From Mobula hypostoma (lineage: Eukaryota): a DNA stretch of 64,000 nucleotides. The DNA lies in the NCBI RefSeq assembly GCF_963921235.1, contig NC_086097.1, positions 82,090,001 to 82,154,000 on the forward strand, in the 5' to 3' direction. A program made the position numbers and the translations under genes. Shown here in pieces: positions 14,106-26,332 of this stretch; within the stretch, counting starts at the first letter, position 1, and each line of letters begins with the position of its first letter. Under the pieces are notes generated by a model that ran no database searches, was not told where the DNA came from, and saw only the letters and a program-made list of their open reading frames with translations.

Positions 14106-14946
14106 TGTGACGAGAATACACATAGATGTTAGCTGTCCTGTGTGATCAGCAGTTGGTCTGCCACCTGTCTTCAAGAGAGAGATAAGGAACACAATGAAAC
14201 AGCATCTGGAGATGTGTAATGAAGGGACGGGAGAGAGAGAGCTGTCTGGAGCGGCTCCCCCTTTGAACCCTGAACTGTTTGAAGTGATGGGCAAGCGATA
14301 CCCCAGCAGGGGGATAAAAAGGGACAGGTTCGCTGAGGCAGGACACACACGACACCCGAGGTAACGAGACCCTGGAAGCGGTGCGCCTCTCACGAGTCGG
14401 TGGGAAGTATTGGACAACGCACAGGGTGGAAAGGTACGATCAGCGGGAACCCGGTGTGTGTCCGCCCTTGCTTGGGTGCCGGGTTCACTGCAGAGGATCG
14501 ACCGCATCTGGAGGAGGGGTGACAGTCTGTGACCTCAGGTGACATCACCAAGGACCCGCCCAAAAGCTGCTTGTGAGCAATTATCGCCGGTCTGTGAGTG
14601 GAAGCCGTTTCTGAATAATCAGTCGTTCCCGTTCTCTCTCTCTCTCCCCCCACGTTGTCCATCGCCATGGCAACGATTACTGCGAACTGAACTAAATTGG
14701 ACTGAACTCTTGGGTCACTTTGAAATTTGGTCATTTACCCCTAGACAACGATAGAGCTTGATTGATGCTGTTATCTTAATTCTGTGCACATATGTGTTTA
14801 TCATTGCTGAACTGTTGCATTTATTATCCTTTCGATTACTGTGTTGCTTGTTTCTTTAATAAAACTTTCTTAGTTCTAGTAATCCAGACTCCAACTGAGT
14901 GATCCATTTCTGCTGGTTTGGCAACCCAGTTACGGGGTACGTAACA
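14106..14946 (+). mobile_element. Solo LTR, 841 bp
   Basis: TGTGACG...CGTAACA termini (TG..CA, 6/7 inverted repeat); 4-bp TSD CCAA at 14102-14105 and 14947-14950; GATAAAAA at 14313; AATAAA at 14858; CpG-rich compared with the flanks. Confidence 0.9.
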
Positions 14947-15244
14947 CCAAGAACTATAATCCTGAACTTCTTTCTCATCCTTGTACCAATTATTTTGATC
15001 TTTGCCCTTCAACTGCCCAAAGATACTGTATATCCTCACCAAATCATCTGCAGATTTATTCTCTTCACTAATGGTAACTGAGAGTTCAGCTTCTAAGCAC
15101 ATAAGTGATGGATATGATCCTCCAACCAAATCAAAAGCTTGATCAAGCTTTTAGATGCCTTCCATAATATTTCTTTACATAGCCCAGTGTCAGATTGTAT
15201 TGTAAACAATCGTGTAAGTCTCTTTGGGAACTTTTTGTGATGTA

Positions 15245-15788
15245 CACTCAGTGGCCACTTTACTAAGCACACATGTACACCTGCTCATTATTGTAAATAT
15301 GTAATCAGCCAATCATGTAGCAGCATAATGCATAAAAGCATGAATTTATAGTAAAGAAGTTCAGTTATTGTTCCGATCAAACAGCAGAATGGGGAAGAAA
15401 GGTGATCTAAGTGATTTTGACTGTGGAATGATTGTTGGTGCTAGATGGGACGATTTGAGTATCTCGGAAACTGATCTCCTGAGATTTTCATGCACAACAT
15501 TCACAAGAGTTTACAGGGAATGGTTTGAAAAACAAAATAAAACACCCAGTGAACAGCAATTCTGTGGGCAAAAATGCCTTGTTAATGAGAGAGGTGAGAG
15601 GAGGATGGCTAGAGTGCTTCAAGCTGACAGGAAGGCAACAGTAACTCAAATAACCATGTGTTGCAACAGTGGTGTGCAGAAGAGCATCTCTGAACGCACA
15701 ACACTTTGAACCTTGAAGTGGATGGGCTTCAGCTGCAGAAGACCACAGCTGGTTCCATTCCTCTGCCTCATAAGGTGGCCACTGAGTT
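15245..15788 (+). mobile_element. Internally deleted Tc1-family DNA transposon
   Basis: TA-CACTCAGTGGCCACTTTA left TIR and TAAGGTGGCCACTGAGT right TIR; transposase N-terminal HTH remnant MGKKGDLSDFDCGMIVGAR...; no DDE domain. Confidence 0.88.
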
Positions 15789-16348
15789 CATGTGTCTGTC
15801 CTTTAAACTTCTCACTTGTCTACCTTTTAGCTTAGAGGATAAATAATGGTGGGACTTACTAATCAATGACTGAAATTACCCAAACAAATAAAATACAAAT
15901 TTACAATTATGTTCAATAGTTCAAATTCAAGTTCGAGATTACAGTTATGGACATACATACCCAGGGTATAAATGCCATGAAAATTAGCTTTTTGCAGCAG
16001 TAGAGCTGTACAGTACAAACATAACCAACATAAGCTTCATAAACTTACATCAGCATTACACAACAAAGAAAAAAACCACACCATGATATTAATGCAAGTT
16101 GAGAGAAATATAGTCTGAAGTAGAATCAGGGATTTTCAGGTCTGGCTGAGAATTTTTCAGATCATGAAAAGCATAAACAGAAACAGAATAACAAGAAACA
16201 GCAAATGAAAAAGGGGAAAAACAATGCTGATTTTACTGAAAAAATGAAAAATACATTCCTACTGAGTGAAAACATAGTGACTTAGTTACTGTTGTTTCTA
16301 AATCTCTACAAACTTTCCAGTAAGTAACAATTCAAAACCCAAACATAC

Positions 16349-16432
16349 CTGACATCAACTTCTCCACTGACGTGCATAGTAAAGGATCCATTTGGTTGTT
16401 TCACAGAGTATAGAAATTCTAGTAACTTTTCC
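16349..16432 (-). CDS. FNTB: FNTB coding exon (equivalent to human exon 6), 84 nt
   Basis: aattttag|G...AG|gtatgt; translates (R)EKLLEFLYSVKQPNGSFTMHVSGEVDV(R). Confidence 0.98.
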
Positions 16433-18584
16433 CTAAAATTAGAAGAAGACATCATTGAGACCTAGTCTTGGAGAAATGAAATATGTGATTCAAGTTATTT
16501 TCTTTTACTTAAATTCTCAGCTAGCTTGTTTAGTTTTTGTGGTTTGAAGATTACATCTGAAGCCTTTTTCTTCTTCTGAAGTACATTGCTTTGAGAAAAA
16601 AACAAGAATATATGAACACGTCACTACAAATGTTAAATTATGAATAGATAATTGCTTTACTTACAACAGACCAAGCATGGCATTTGTTTTCAGAAATGGG
16701 TAGTACTTGGAAGTCAGATGCAAGTAAAGATACCATTTAATTAAAAGGAATTAATTCATTTATCTTACAAAGGATGGCAGACTGGAAATCTGTTTGCTTG
16801 ACTTAGTTGTATTCAAATATTCAAGTAATAAAATACTATGCTGAGAAACAGAATGTTACATTAAAATAGGTTTGAATCCTATTATACTCGAATCCCTACA
16901 CCAAATGTATAAACTGGAACATTTTCCTTCACTGTCTTTCTCTAGCCATTTGTTGATGCTTGATAGTGAGAAAATGCTGGCAGCAGCAGCAGTGGAGAAC
17001 GAAAAGAAAACGTGAGTGATTTGATTTCACAGAGAACCAAGGTTTAGAGCTCAACACAAACTTTTATCCCGTCAAATCTATGGCATACAATAATTTACAG
17101 AGTTTGACAGATTTATATTTGTTGGTATGATCACTGTGCAAAAAAAATTGGTAGGAATGTTTATCATTCAAATCATAAAGTATAATACCTAAAACTTCTA
17201 TCTTTAAAATATCATTGATTTAATATGGAAGGCATACAGAATACAAACTGGCATGTGCCAAGTAACAAAGGACATGAAAAATCTACATCTAACTCTGCTT
17301 GAAACAAAGCTGATGTAGGTTGGACTGAAAAAAATACTTGTGCTTCCAGTAAAAGAAAACACACCTGAAACTTCAGATTATTCATGCCTGATTATACTAT
17401 TCAGAATTATTGGCGTTAATACTTTGACAATGGCTCAAACACTCGTGGCAACATTGAGCTGTTCATGTTCTTTTATTTACCTACCAAGTCTGCACTGACC
17501 ATCGGTGTATCTACTCAGTACAACTTCCACAAAGCAGTGCTAACTTTATCAATGAGGCTTTTGCAACAGAGGGCATTCCAGACTTCATTAGTATTACGGA
17601 AGTAAACCACAACAAGCTTTATCCAAAGTGCTGTGGAAATATAAACTGTCAAAAATTGAATGCTTGACATTCAGAAACATTAAAAAATGATTAATTAAAC
17701 AAACAGAAATAATGCCAAAACTTGAGCAAGACACAAACCTTGCCTTCCATAGCTATTTTTCTCCATTGAAATGAATGGAGTAACTGAACCTGCAACTGGT
17801 CTAACCTGGCACAGGTTTATTACACCAATTCCTTCACAGTAGTGTTGGTGAACTGCAAAGGGTAGTGTTCCATGACACATCCTGCATGAAGCAAATTCCA
17901 TAAAGCATCACTGGGATGCTCAGAACTTTTGTATCCAAGTGGAACTGCTCTCACTCCTCATGAAAAGCAAGTCCTGTGTACCAAAAAACTACTCTTCCTC
18001 CATTTCTCTTTCCTGTGCTGCTTTTAGTTCAAATCATTGACATACCTAGACATGTCGAGATGTCTGGCAATAACGGTAATTTAAAGGAATTAGCAGCAAT
18101 GATCACTGCTGAGTTGGAGAAAATGTATGTGTTGCACTGTAATCTCACAGGTTCACTCAGCATTTATGGGTGTTACTTTGTTGATTATTGTGACTGAAAA
18201 CGACATTAAATAACACGGTGAATGATTTTGCCAATTCACACAACAAAGTTGGTTTTGCCTGTCTGTAGATTTGCAAACATGGAGTAGCAGACAATATATT
18301 CAAAAGAATAAAACTGATAATTTGGCACACAATTGTTTGGTAATGCTGGATTAGCAGATTTCCTGAACTATACAATTTTATTTCTAGCAATAACACTATT
18401 CTTTTCTATTCAAAATGTATTTAAAGATATCATACAAAATTATAATAGCTTTTCCAAAGAACCCAGAGAACGGACAGGAAGTGTGGAAAGTAAGGGGGCA
18501 AACATCAGGGCCTGATGTTAGAGGGAAGTATACCAAACTTAGAGGGAGGTGATGCGAAATAGGGATAGAGGAAGGCAGGGGGAC

Positions 18585-18822
18585 CTCCCTCATAGTTCCG
18601 CCTCCTTCTACTATTGCTCTCCTGCTAATCACCTCCCTGCTTCCCCTCCCCCACCCCTTTGTCTTAAAAATTACTGTTTTTTTCAACTACCAGCATTCTT
18701 CAAACCCTCCCCAAAGTTCTTCCTTCAGTCCTGATGAAGGGTTTCGGCCCGAAACGTCGACTAATCTTTTCAACTGATGCTGACTGACCTGCTGAGTCCC
18801 TCCAGTGCATTGTGAGTGTTCC
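18585..18822 (+). mobile_element. Penelope-like element 3' UTR fragment
   Basis: Pyrimidine-rich tract, then a hammerhead motif and a GATGCTGACTGACCTGCTGAG tail homologous to the GIY-YIG-bearing copy at 44411-45134. Confidence 0.75.
18727..18762 (+). ncRNA. Minimal type I hammerhead ribozyme motif (PLE-associated), intact core
   Basis: AGTC-CTGATGA-A-GGGT-TTCG-GCCC-GAAA-CGTC-GACT: stem I AGTC/GACT, stem II with a UUCG loop, palindromic ACGT in place of stem III, GUC cleavage triplet. Confidence 0.85.
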
Positions 18823-20826
18823 GATAGAAAAGGTGTGTCAGAAGGGAAATGTCATGATAATCATTGGGGATTTTAATATGAAAGTGGATTGGAAAAACTA
18901 GGCTAATGGACCTCGAGACAGAGAATTTGTAGAATATCTAAGCAATGGCTTTTTAGAACAGCTTGTTGTTGAGCCCAATAGAAGATCGGCTGTACTGAAT
19001 TGGGTGTTGCGCGATGATCTGGAGGCGATAAGAGAGCTTAAAGTTAAGTAACCCTTATGGAACAGTGATCACAATAATGATCGGGTTCACTTTGAAATTT
19101 GAGAAGAAACTAAATTCCAGTGTGTCAGTATTTCAGTGGAATGAAGGAAATTACAAGGCATGAGAGGGGAACTGGCCAAGGTTGACTGGAAAGAGACACT
19201 AACAGGAAGGACAGCAGAGCAGCAATGGCTAAGGTTTTTGTGAAAAATGAGGGAATTGCAAGACAGATATATTCCAAATAAGAAGAAATTTTTGAATGGA
19301 AGGAGGACACTACTGTGGCTGACAAGTGAAGTCAGAACCAAAGTAAAAGTAAAAGAGAGGGCATACAAGGAAGTCAAAGCTAGTGGAAAGACAGAGGATT
19401 GGGAAGCTTTTAAGAACTTGCAGAAGGAAACTAAGAAGGTCATTAGGAAGGAAAAGGTGAATTATGAAAGGAAGCTGGTGACTAATATCAAAGAAGATAC
19501 TGAAAGTTTTTTTAAGTATATAAAGAGTAAAAGAGGTAGATATAGGACCAATAAAAAATGACGTTGGAGATATTGTAATGAGAGACACAGAGATGGCAGA
19601 AGAACTGAATGCGTATTTTGCATCAGTCTTCACAGTGGAAGACATTTGCTGTATACCGGACATTCAAGAGTGTCAGGGAAGTATGTGCAGTGAAAATTAT
19701 GACTGAGAAGGTGCTCCAGAAGCTTAATGGTCTGAGGGTGGATAAATCTCCTGGACCTCCTGGATGGAATGCACCCTCGGGTTCTGAAGGAAGGATTGTG
19801 GAGGCATTAACAATGATCTTTCAAGAATCGACAGATTCTGGCATTGTACCGAATGACTGGAAAATTGCAAATGTTACTCCGCTATTTAAGAAGGGTGGGA
19901 GGCAGCAGAAAGGAAACTATAGACCTGTTAGCCTGACATCAATGGTTGGGAAGTTGTTGGAATCAATTATTAGGGATGAGATTACGGTATATCTGAAGGC
20001 ACATGACAAGATAGGCCAAAGCCCCTATGGTTTCCTGAAAGAAAATCCTGCCTGATTAACCTACTGCAATTTTACAAGGAAATTATAAGCTGGATAAACA
20101 AAAGACATTCAGTAAATGGGACACCTTGTGCAGGATACCCTAAAGGTTAACCTCCAGGTTGAATTGGTGGTGAAGAAGGTGAATACAATGTTGGTATTCA
20201 TTTCTAGAGGTAGAGAATATAAGAGCAGGGATGTGATGTTGAGGCTCTACAAGGCACTCATAAGACCACACTTGGAGTACTGTGTGCAGTTTTAGGCTCC
20301 TTATTTTAGAAAGGATATACTGACGTTGGAGAAGGTTCAGAGAAGATTCAAGAGAATGGTTCCATGAATCAAAGGGCTAACGTATGAAGAATGCCTGGCA
20401 GCTTTTGGGCTGTATTCTCTGGAGTTCAGGAGAATGAGGGGGGATCTCATAGAAACATACCAAATGTTAAAAGGCCTGAACAGATTACATATGGCAAAGT
20501 TATTTCTCATGGTAGGGGAGTCTAGGACAAGAGGCACGACTTCAGGATTGAAGGACGTCCATTTAGAACAGAGATGCGGAGAAACTACTTTAGTCAGAGG
20601 GTGGTAAATCTGTGGAATTTGTTGCCACAAGTGGCTGTGGAGACCAAATCGTTGGGTGCATTTAAGACAGAGGTAGATAGGTTCTTGATTAGCCAGGGCA
20701 TCAAAGGATATGGGGAGAAGGCAGGCGAGTGGGATGACTGGAAGAATTGGATCAGCCCATGATTGAATAGCAGAGCTGACTCAATGGGCCGAATGGCCTA
20801 CTTTTGCTCCTGTATCTTATGGTCTT
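18823..20826 (+). mobile_element. CR1 LINE with an internal deletion in RT, 3' end intact
   Basis: GDFN-type EN remnant, [44 protein letters not shown] tail. Confidence 0.92.
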
Positions 20827-21229
20827 AACACCTTCAGTCCTGTATTCATCACCCTTTTCGATTTTGTCCCCCTTTTACATTGCAGTTCACCCTGTTCACT
20901 GCATTTTTGCCCTCTCATCAGTCTCTCCTGCTTCCAAGAGGACCATAACTTTGTCATGCTTTGGAGGCTTGTGTGCCTTAGTGACCCGGAGAGCTGTGTT
21001 GGCTGGAGTCAGGGTCTTATGCTTTGGCTTTTGGTAGGCTGACTCATGCCAAATAGGCCAAAGGGTAGAGGCCAGACTAAGTGTGGTCCAGGGCAAACAA
21101 ACCTGACTAGTAAAACAAAATTGTTATGGAAGTAGCACGAAGAATCCTTCTACATCTGAGTGCAATGGTACTCCTGAGTCTCCACCTGGGACTTGGATGA
21201 GTGTTAATAGAGAAAACTGAGAGAAGTAA

Positions 21230-21398
21230 CGGAGTAACATTTGCAATTTTCCAGTCATTCGGTACAATGCCAGAATCTGTCGATTCTTGAAAGATCATTG
21301 TTAATGCCTCCACAATCCTTCCTTCAGAACCCGAGGGTGCATTCCATCCTGGAGGTCCAGGAGATTTATCCACCCTCAGACCATTAAGCTTCTGGAGC
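21230..21398 (-). repeat. Local inverted duplication of 19713-19881
   Basis: 169 bp near-identical reverse complement that shares private indels; the ORF track gives the same peptide DKSPGPPGWNAPSGSEGRIVEALTMIFQ on both strands. Confidence 0.9.
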
Positions 21399-21479
21399 CA
21401 TCACATGCCATCACTGGCATGATGAAGGAAGCCCTGAACACCACCAGAGATGGAGGACCTTCATCTCTGCCCTATACCT

Positions 21480-21830
21480 CTAATCACCAGCAGTGTCACA
21501 GACAGTAAGTATCAGTCTCTCCTTGCTAGCAGCCTCACTACACACTGCCTCTGTCTGTAAACTAACTACCCCGTCTTCAGCCCTATCTCTCCGTTTCCCA
21601 CTTCCCTGCCAAATTAGTTTAGACTCTCCAGAATGGCTCCAGCAAATTTGCCGGCAAGGATATTGGTTCCCACTCGGGTTCAGATGCAACCTGTTCCTTT
21701 TGTACAAGTTATATTTTCCCCAGAAGAGATCCCAGTGTTCCAGAAATCTGAAGCTATGCCCCCTGCAGCATCTGTCAAATCATCCTATTCTTACCCCCAA
21801 TGGCACATAGCATGGGCAAGTAATCCAGAG
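21480..21830 (-). mobile_element. CR1 ORF1/ORF2 junction remnant
   Basis: YKRNRLHLNPSGN (end of the ORF1 esterase) and GAGAGTCTAAACTAATTTGGCAGGG, homologous to about 8970-9000. Confidence 0.65.
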
Positions 21831-21877
21831 ATTACTGGAATTGATGGCTTTGTGGCAAAGCTTGCGGATAATATGAA

Positions 21878-22195
21878 AACAACAGGAATCCTGCAGATGC
21901 TGGAAATTCAAGCAACACACATCAAAGTTGCTGGTGAACGCAGCAGGCCAGGCAGCATCTCTAGGAAGAGGTACAGTCGACGTTTCAGGCCGAGACCCTT
22001 CGTCAGGACCCTTCAACATTCAGTAGGTTTCAATGAGATCCCCCCACCCTACCTGCATTCTTCTAAATTCCAGTGAACACAGGTCCAAAGCTGCCAAACA
22101 CTCCTCATACGTTAACCCCATTCATTCCCAATGAAGGGTCTCGGCCTGAAACGTCGATTGTACCTCTTCCTAGAGATGCTGCCTGGCCTGCTGCA
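21878..22195 (-). mobile_element. Composite Penelope-like insertion: PLE 3' end (-), captured local DNA, inverted PLE piece (+)
   Basis: TSD GATAATATGAA at 21867-21877 and 22196-22206; the middle 22009-22129 is the reverse complement of 22505-22625. Confidence 0.85.
21975..22010 (-). ncRNA. Minimal hammerhead ribozyme motif, intact core, on the FNTB sense strand
   Basis: Minus strand reads GGTC-CTGACGA-AGGGTCTCGGCCT-GAAA-CGTC-GACT. Confidence 0.8.
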
Positions 22196-23291
22196 GATAA
22201 TATGAAGATAGGTGGAGGGATAAGTAGTGCTGAGGAAGCAATGCAATTGCAGCAAGACTTAGATAAATTGGAAGAATGGGCAAAAAAGTGGCAGATGGAA
22301 TACAGTGTTGGGAAATATATGATAATACATTCTGGTAAAAGGAACAATAGTGCGGAGTACTATCTAAATGGGGAGAAGGTTCAAACATCAGAGGTGCAGA
22401 GGGACTTTGGAGTCCTCGTGTAAGACTCCCAGAAGGGCCCCATATCTCAGAAAAGATGTGTTGTCATTGGACAGAGTCCAGAGGAGGTTCACAAGGACGA
22501 ATAAGGGAATGAATGGGGTTAACGTACGAGGAGTGTTTGGCAGCTTTGGGCCTGTGCTCACTGGAATTTAGAAGAATGCAGGTGGGGTGGGGGGATCTCA
22601 TTGAAACCTACTGAATGTTGAAGGGACTAGATACAGTGGATGTGCAGAGGATGTTTCCTCTTGTGGAGGTATAGAACTAGAAGGCAGAGCCTCAAAATTG
22701 AGGGGCAACCATTTAGAACAGGGCAAGGAGGAATTGAGATTAGAACTAGGGACCTAGCCTCAAGATTTGGGGGAGTAGATATAGGATGGAGATGAGGAGG
22801 AACTGTTTTTTTCCCCCAAAGAGTGGTGAAACTGTGTAATTCTCTGTCTGATGAAGCAGTAGAGGCTACCTCAGTAAATATATCTGAGACAAGGTTAGAT
22901 AGATTTTTGCATAATAGGGGAATTAAGGGCCATAGGGAAAAGGCAGATAGATGGAGATGAATCGATGGCCAGATCAGCCATGATCTTATTGAATGGCGGA
23001 GCAGGCTTGACAGGCCAGATGGCTTACTCATACTCCTATTTCTTATGTTATGTTTTTTCTAGCCAGAGAGTAGTGAATCTGTGGAATGCGCTGCCACAGA
23101 CTGCGGTGGACTGCGATGGGAATATTTAAGGCAGAAGTTGATCATTTCCTGATTGGTCAGGGCATCAAAGGGTATGGCATGAAGGTAGGTGTATGGAGTT
23201 GAGTGGGATCCAGGATCAGCTGTGATGGCATGGTGGAGGAGACTTGATGGGCTGAATAGCCTAATTCTACTCCTCTGTCTTATGGTCTTAC

Positions 23292-23900
23292 TCTGTAAGT
23301 CCTGCTTTTCAGCTTTCTATTTGGCTCCTTAAAAATTCTCTTCAGGACCTCCTCCAGGTCATTCATGCCAATATGTACCAAGACTGCTCACCCTTCCGCT
23401 TCACAATGCTGTGCATCTGAACTGAGACAGCTCTAACCCTGGCACCTGAGAGGCAACACACCATCTGGGTGTCTCTACTGCACCCACAGAATCTCACCTC
23501 TATTCCTCTGACTACGGAATCTCTTATTGCCACTGCACTCCTTTTCACCTCTGTCCTCTTCTGAGCCACAGCACCAGACTCATTGCCAAAGATCTGGTTG
23601 CTGCGGTCTCTCTCCCACCAAACAATATCTAAAGTGGTACACTTATTATTGAGGGGAATGGCTACAGAGGTATTCTGCATTGGTTGCTTATTTCTCTTCC
23701 CTCTCCTGACAGTCATCCAGTTACCTGCCTCCTGCAAACTAGGGGTGACTACCTCCTGTAGCTCGTATCTATCATCTCCTTTATTTCCCGTATGAGTTAA
23801 AGGTCATTGAGCTGCAGCTCGGTGCACCTAGTACGGACGCAGTTACTTGGGAGGCAGGAGGTCTCCCAGAATTCCCACACCTCACACAGAACAAAACACT
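23292..23900 (-). mobile_element. CR1 ORF1 (SGNH/GDSL esterase-like) remnant
   Basis: WMTVRRGK...AVAIRDSVVRGIEVRFCGCSRDTQMVCCLSGARV is the typical vertebrate CR1 ORF1 pattern (IGDS.VRG...CCLPGARV). Confidence 0.8.
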
Positions 23901-24181
23901 GCCCCTAGAGCCATTCTCTCTGCACTAACTTTGCCCTAACAGACAAGGAAAAAAGCCTGGCACACTCACACAATGGCCTTGCCCCTGCCTTATTATTTAT
24001 TTATTTATCTATATATCTTATTTGCCCTTTGTAATGAATCCCATTCACTGATTGGATACTGTCCAACTCTGGAAAACTGCCGTGAAGCACTGCCTTTTTA
24101 ATCTTCAGCCAGGAACCTAAGTGTAAACGTATCTTCTCGTCAAGCTCCTGTTCATTGATTGGGCAAAGTCCAATTCTGAAA

Positions 24182-24290
24182 TTCATGTGGAGAATATACA
24201 GACCCCTTACAGGCAGCGGCTGGAATCGAACCCCGATCTGTGATCGCTGGTGCTGTAAAGCACTGCACTAACCACAACTCACTGTGCTGC
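24182..24290 (-). mobile_element. SINE 5' fragment (V-SINE/HE1-like)
   Basis: Reverse strand has tRNA-like GGCAGCACAGTGAGTTGTGGTTAG and a GGGGTTCGATTCC B-box. Confidence 0.65.
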
Positions 24291-26148
24291 CTTCACAAAT
24301 AACCAACCTCCAAAAATCTTTACATCACTGACATCAGAGCAAGTTATAAATTTCACATTTCAGGCACACAGCTTTGAGACAAAGTTTCCAAAACATTCCT
24401 ACTTTCTAGAATTGTGCTGAAATATCTTTGGTCCCATCTTTCCATTCTTACCAAACTTCACTACTCCCAAGACTTTTAGCATCGTTCTCCTCTTGAATCA
24501 ACTTAAAGCGACTTTTTGTATTCTCAAAATTTAATATATTTTTCAAGGTTACTGGTCATGTTAAAAAAGAACCCAATTCCTAGATCACTCTCCAGAATAC
24601 AAAGTTCATCAGAATAATGGTTGAACAGAATGGAATAACATTTAATGATAGTACAATAGGATTTATTGTTCACCCTTTACTAGCAGCTTCTGTGTCAAGT
24701 CACATGCTAGTCTAGCAGAAACAAGCAAGTATTTATTCGCAAAACAATTCATCCCTGACAAAAGAGCACTTTCAAATCCTAGTATTTTACCTGAAAGCAA
24801 ATCCAAACATTACAAACTGTGAACACAATTCCATTAATAATCCTAAATATCACAGTCAATAATTTCACAAGTAATATATTTAAAAACAATTACAATGTCT
24901 TTGGTCACATGCAGGATCAGCTTGGTCAGTTAAGTGATCAAGTTACAAAATTAGTGATGTGAACTTAGTTATGGATACTGCATTAAAAATGTTGAAAAGT
25001 GTTACCTTTGAAGGATAGATAAAATACATTTAGAATTGAGATTTGTCCTTTCCTGCAAAAATATACCTTCCCTAACCCCCAATTTAACCTGTGTTTTTGT
25101 GTAGCCATATCAACAATATTATCTCGATCCTGTAGCTATTGATCTAACGAGTGATCAATCAACAGCTTACCGCTAACCTAAGCGTTCAAATTGCTCAGCC
25201 TTATGCATGAATGGTGCTTGGATCATCCAAAGCACCACAAATGCTGATTACTGCTTGGGATTATAAAACAGTAAGACTATAAAGCATCCTTTCTTAGATA
25301 TTCTTAAACGCTTTCTTAGTATGGTGAGCAGTATTGGGCTCCTAATCTAAGAAAGGATTTGCCAGCATTAGAGAGGGCCCAAAGGAGGTTCATGAAAACT
25401 ATCCCAGGAATGAAAGGGAGGAATAAAAGGGTTAGTGTGTGAGGACTGATTGATGGCACTGGGCTTGTATTCACTGGAAGAATGGGTGGGGGGAAAGGAA
25501 TCTTATTGAAACCCATTAAGAACATAAAAAATAGGAGCAGGACCTTATCTTAAATATATTTACTGAAGTAGCCTCCACGGGTTCACCACTCTTTGGGAAA
25601 GCAGTTCCGCCTCGTCTTCATCCTAAATATACTCCCCCAAATCTTGAATATGTCCCCTAGTTCTAGTCTCACCAACCAGTGGAAGTAACTTTCCTGCTTC
25701 TATCTTATCTATCCCTTTCATAATTTTATATGTTTACATAAGATCCCTCATCCTTTTGAATTCCAGCAAGTACAATCCCAGGCGACTCAATCTCTCCTGA
25801 TAGTCTAACACCCTCATGTCTGGAATCAACCTGGTGAACCAGCTCTGCACTGCCTCCAAAACCAATATATACTTCCTCAAGTAAGGAGACCAGAACTGCA
25901 TGCAGTACTCCAGGTGCGGTCTCATAGTTGCAGTACAATCTCCCTGCTCTTAAATTCAGCACCTCTAGCAATGAAGACCAACAGTCCATTTGCCTTCTTG
26001 ATAGCCTGCTGCACCTGCAAACCAACCTTTTGCAATTCATGCACAAGCACTCCCATGTCCCTCTACACAGCAGCATGTTGCAATTTTTTTTACCATTTAA
26101 ATAATCTGATCTCCCATTTTTTTTTCCCAAAGTGAATGACCTCACATT

Positions 26149-26332
26149 CTCCTCCCCCGCCCCCCGTCTTCTCCTATCATTTTGGATCTCCCCCTCCCAC
26201 TTTCAAATCTCTTACTAACTCTTCCTTCAGTTAGTCCTGACGAAGGGTCTCAGCCTGAAACGTCGACTGTACCTCTTCCTAGAGATGCTGCCTGGCCTGC
26301 TGCGTTCACCAGCAACTTTGATGTGTGTTGCC
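26149..26332 (+). mobile_element. Short Penelope-like 3' insertion with hammerhead
   Basis: 12-bp TSD TGACCTCACATT at 26137-26148 and 26333-26344; sequence homologous to 44920-45100. Confidence 0.88.
26233..26268 (+). ncRNA. Minimal hammerhead ribozyme motif, intact core
   Basis: AGTC-CTGACGA-AGGGTCTCAGCCT-GAAA-CGTC-GACT. Confidence 0.8.

Larger units (their letters stand above)
21833..23290 (+). mobile_element. CR1 RT and 3' fragments (two 3' ends), interrupted by a PLE insertion
   Basis: GFVAKLADNMK...LEEWAKKWQMEY; 3' tails near 23050 and 23290. Confidence 0.85.
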
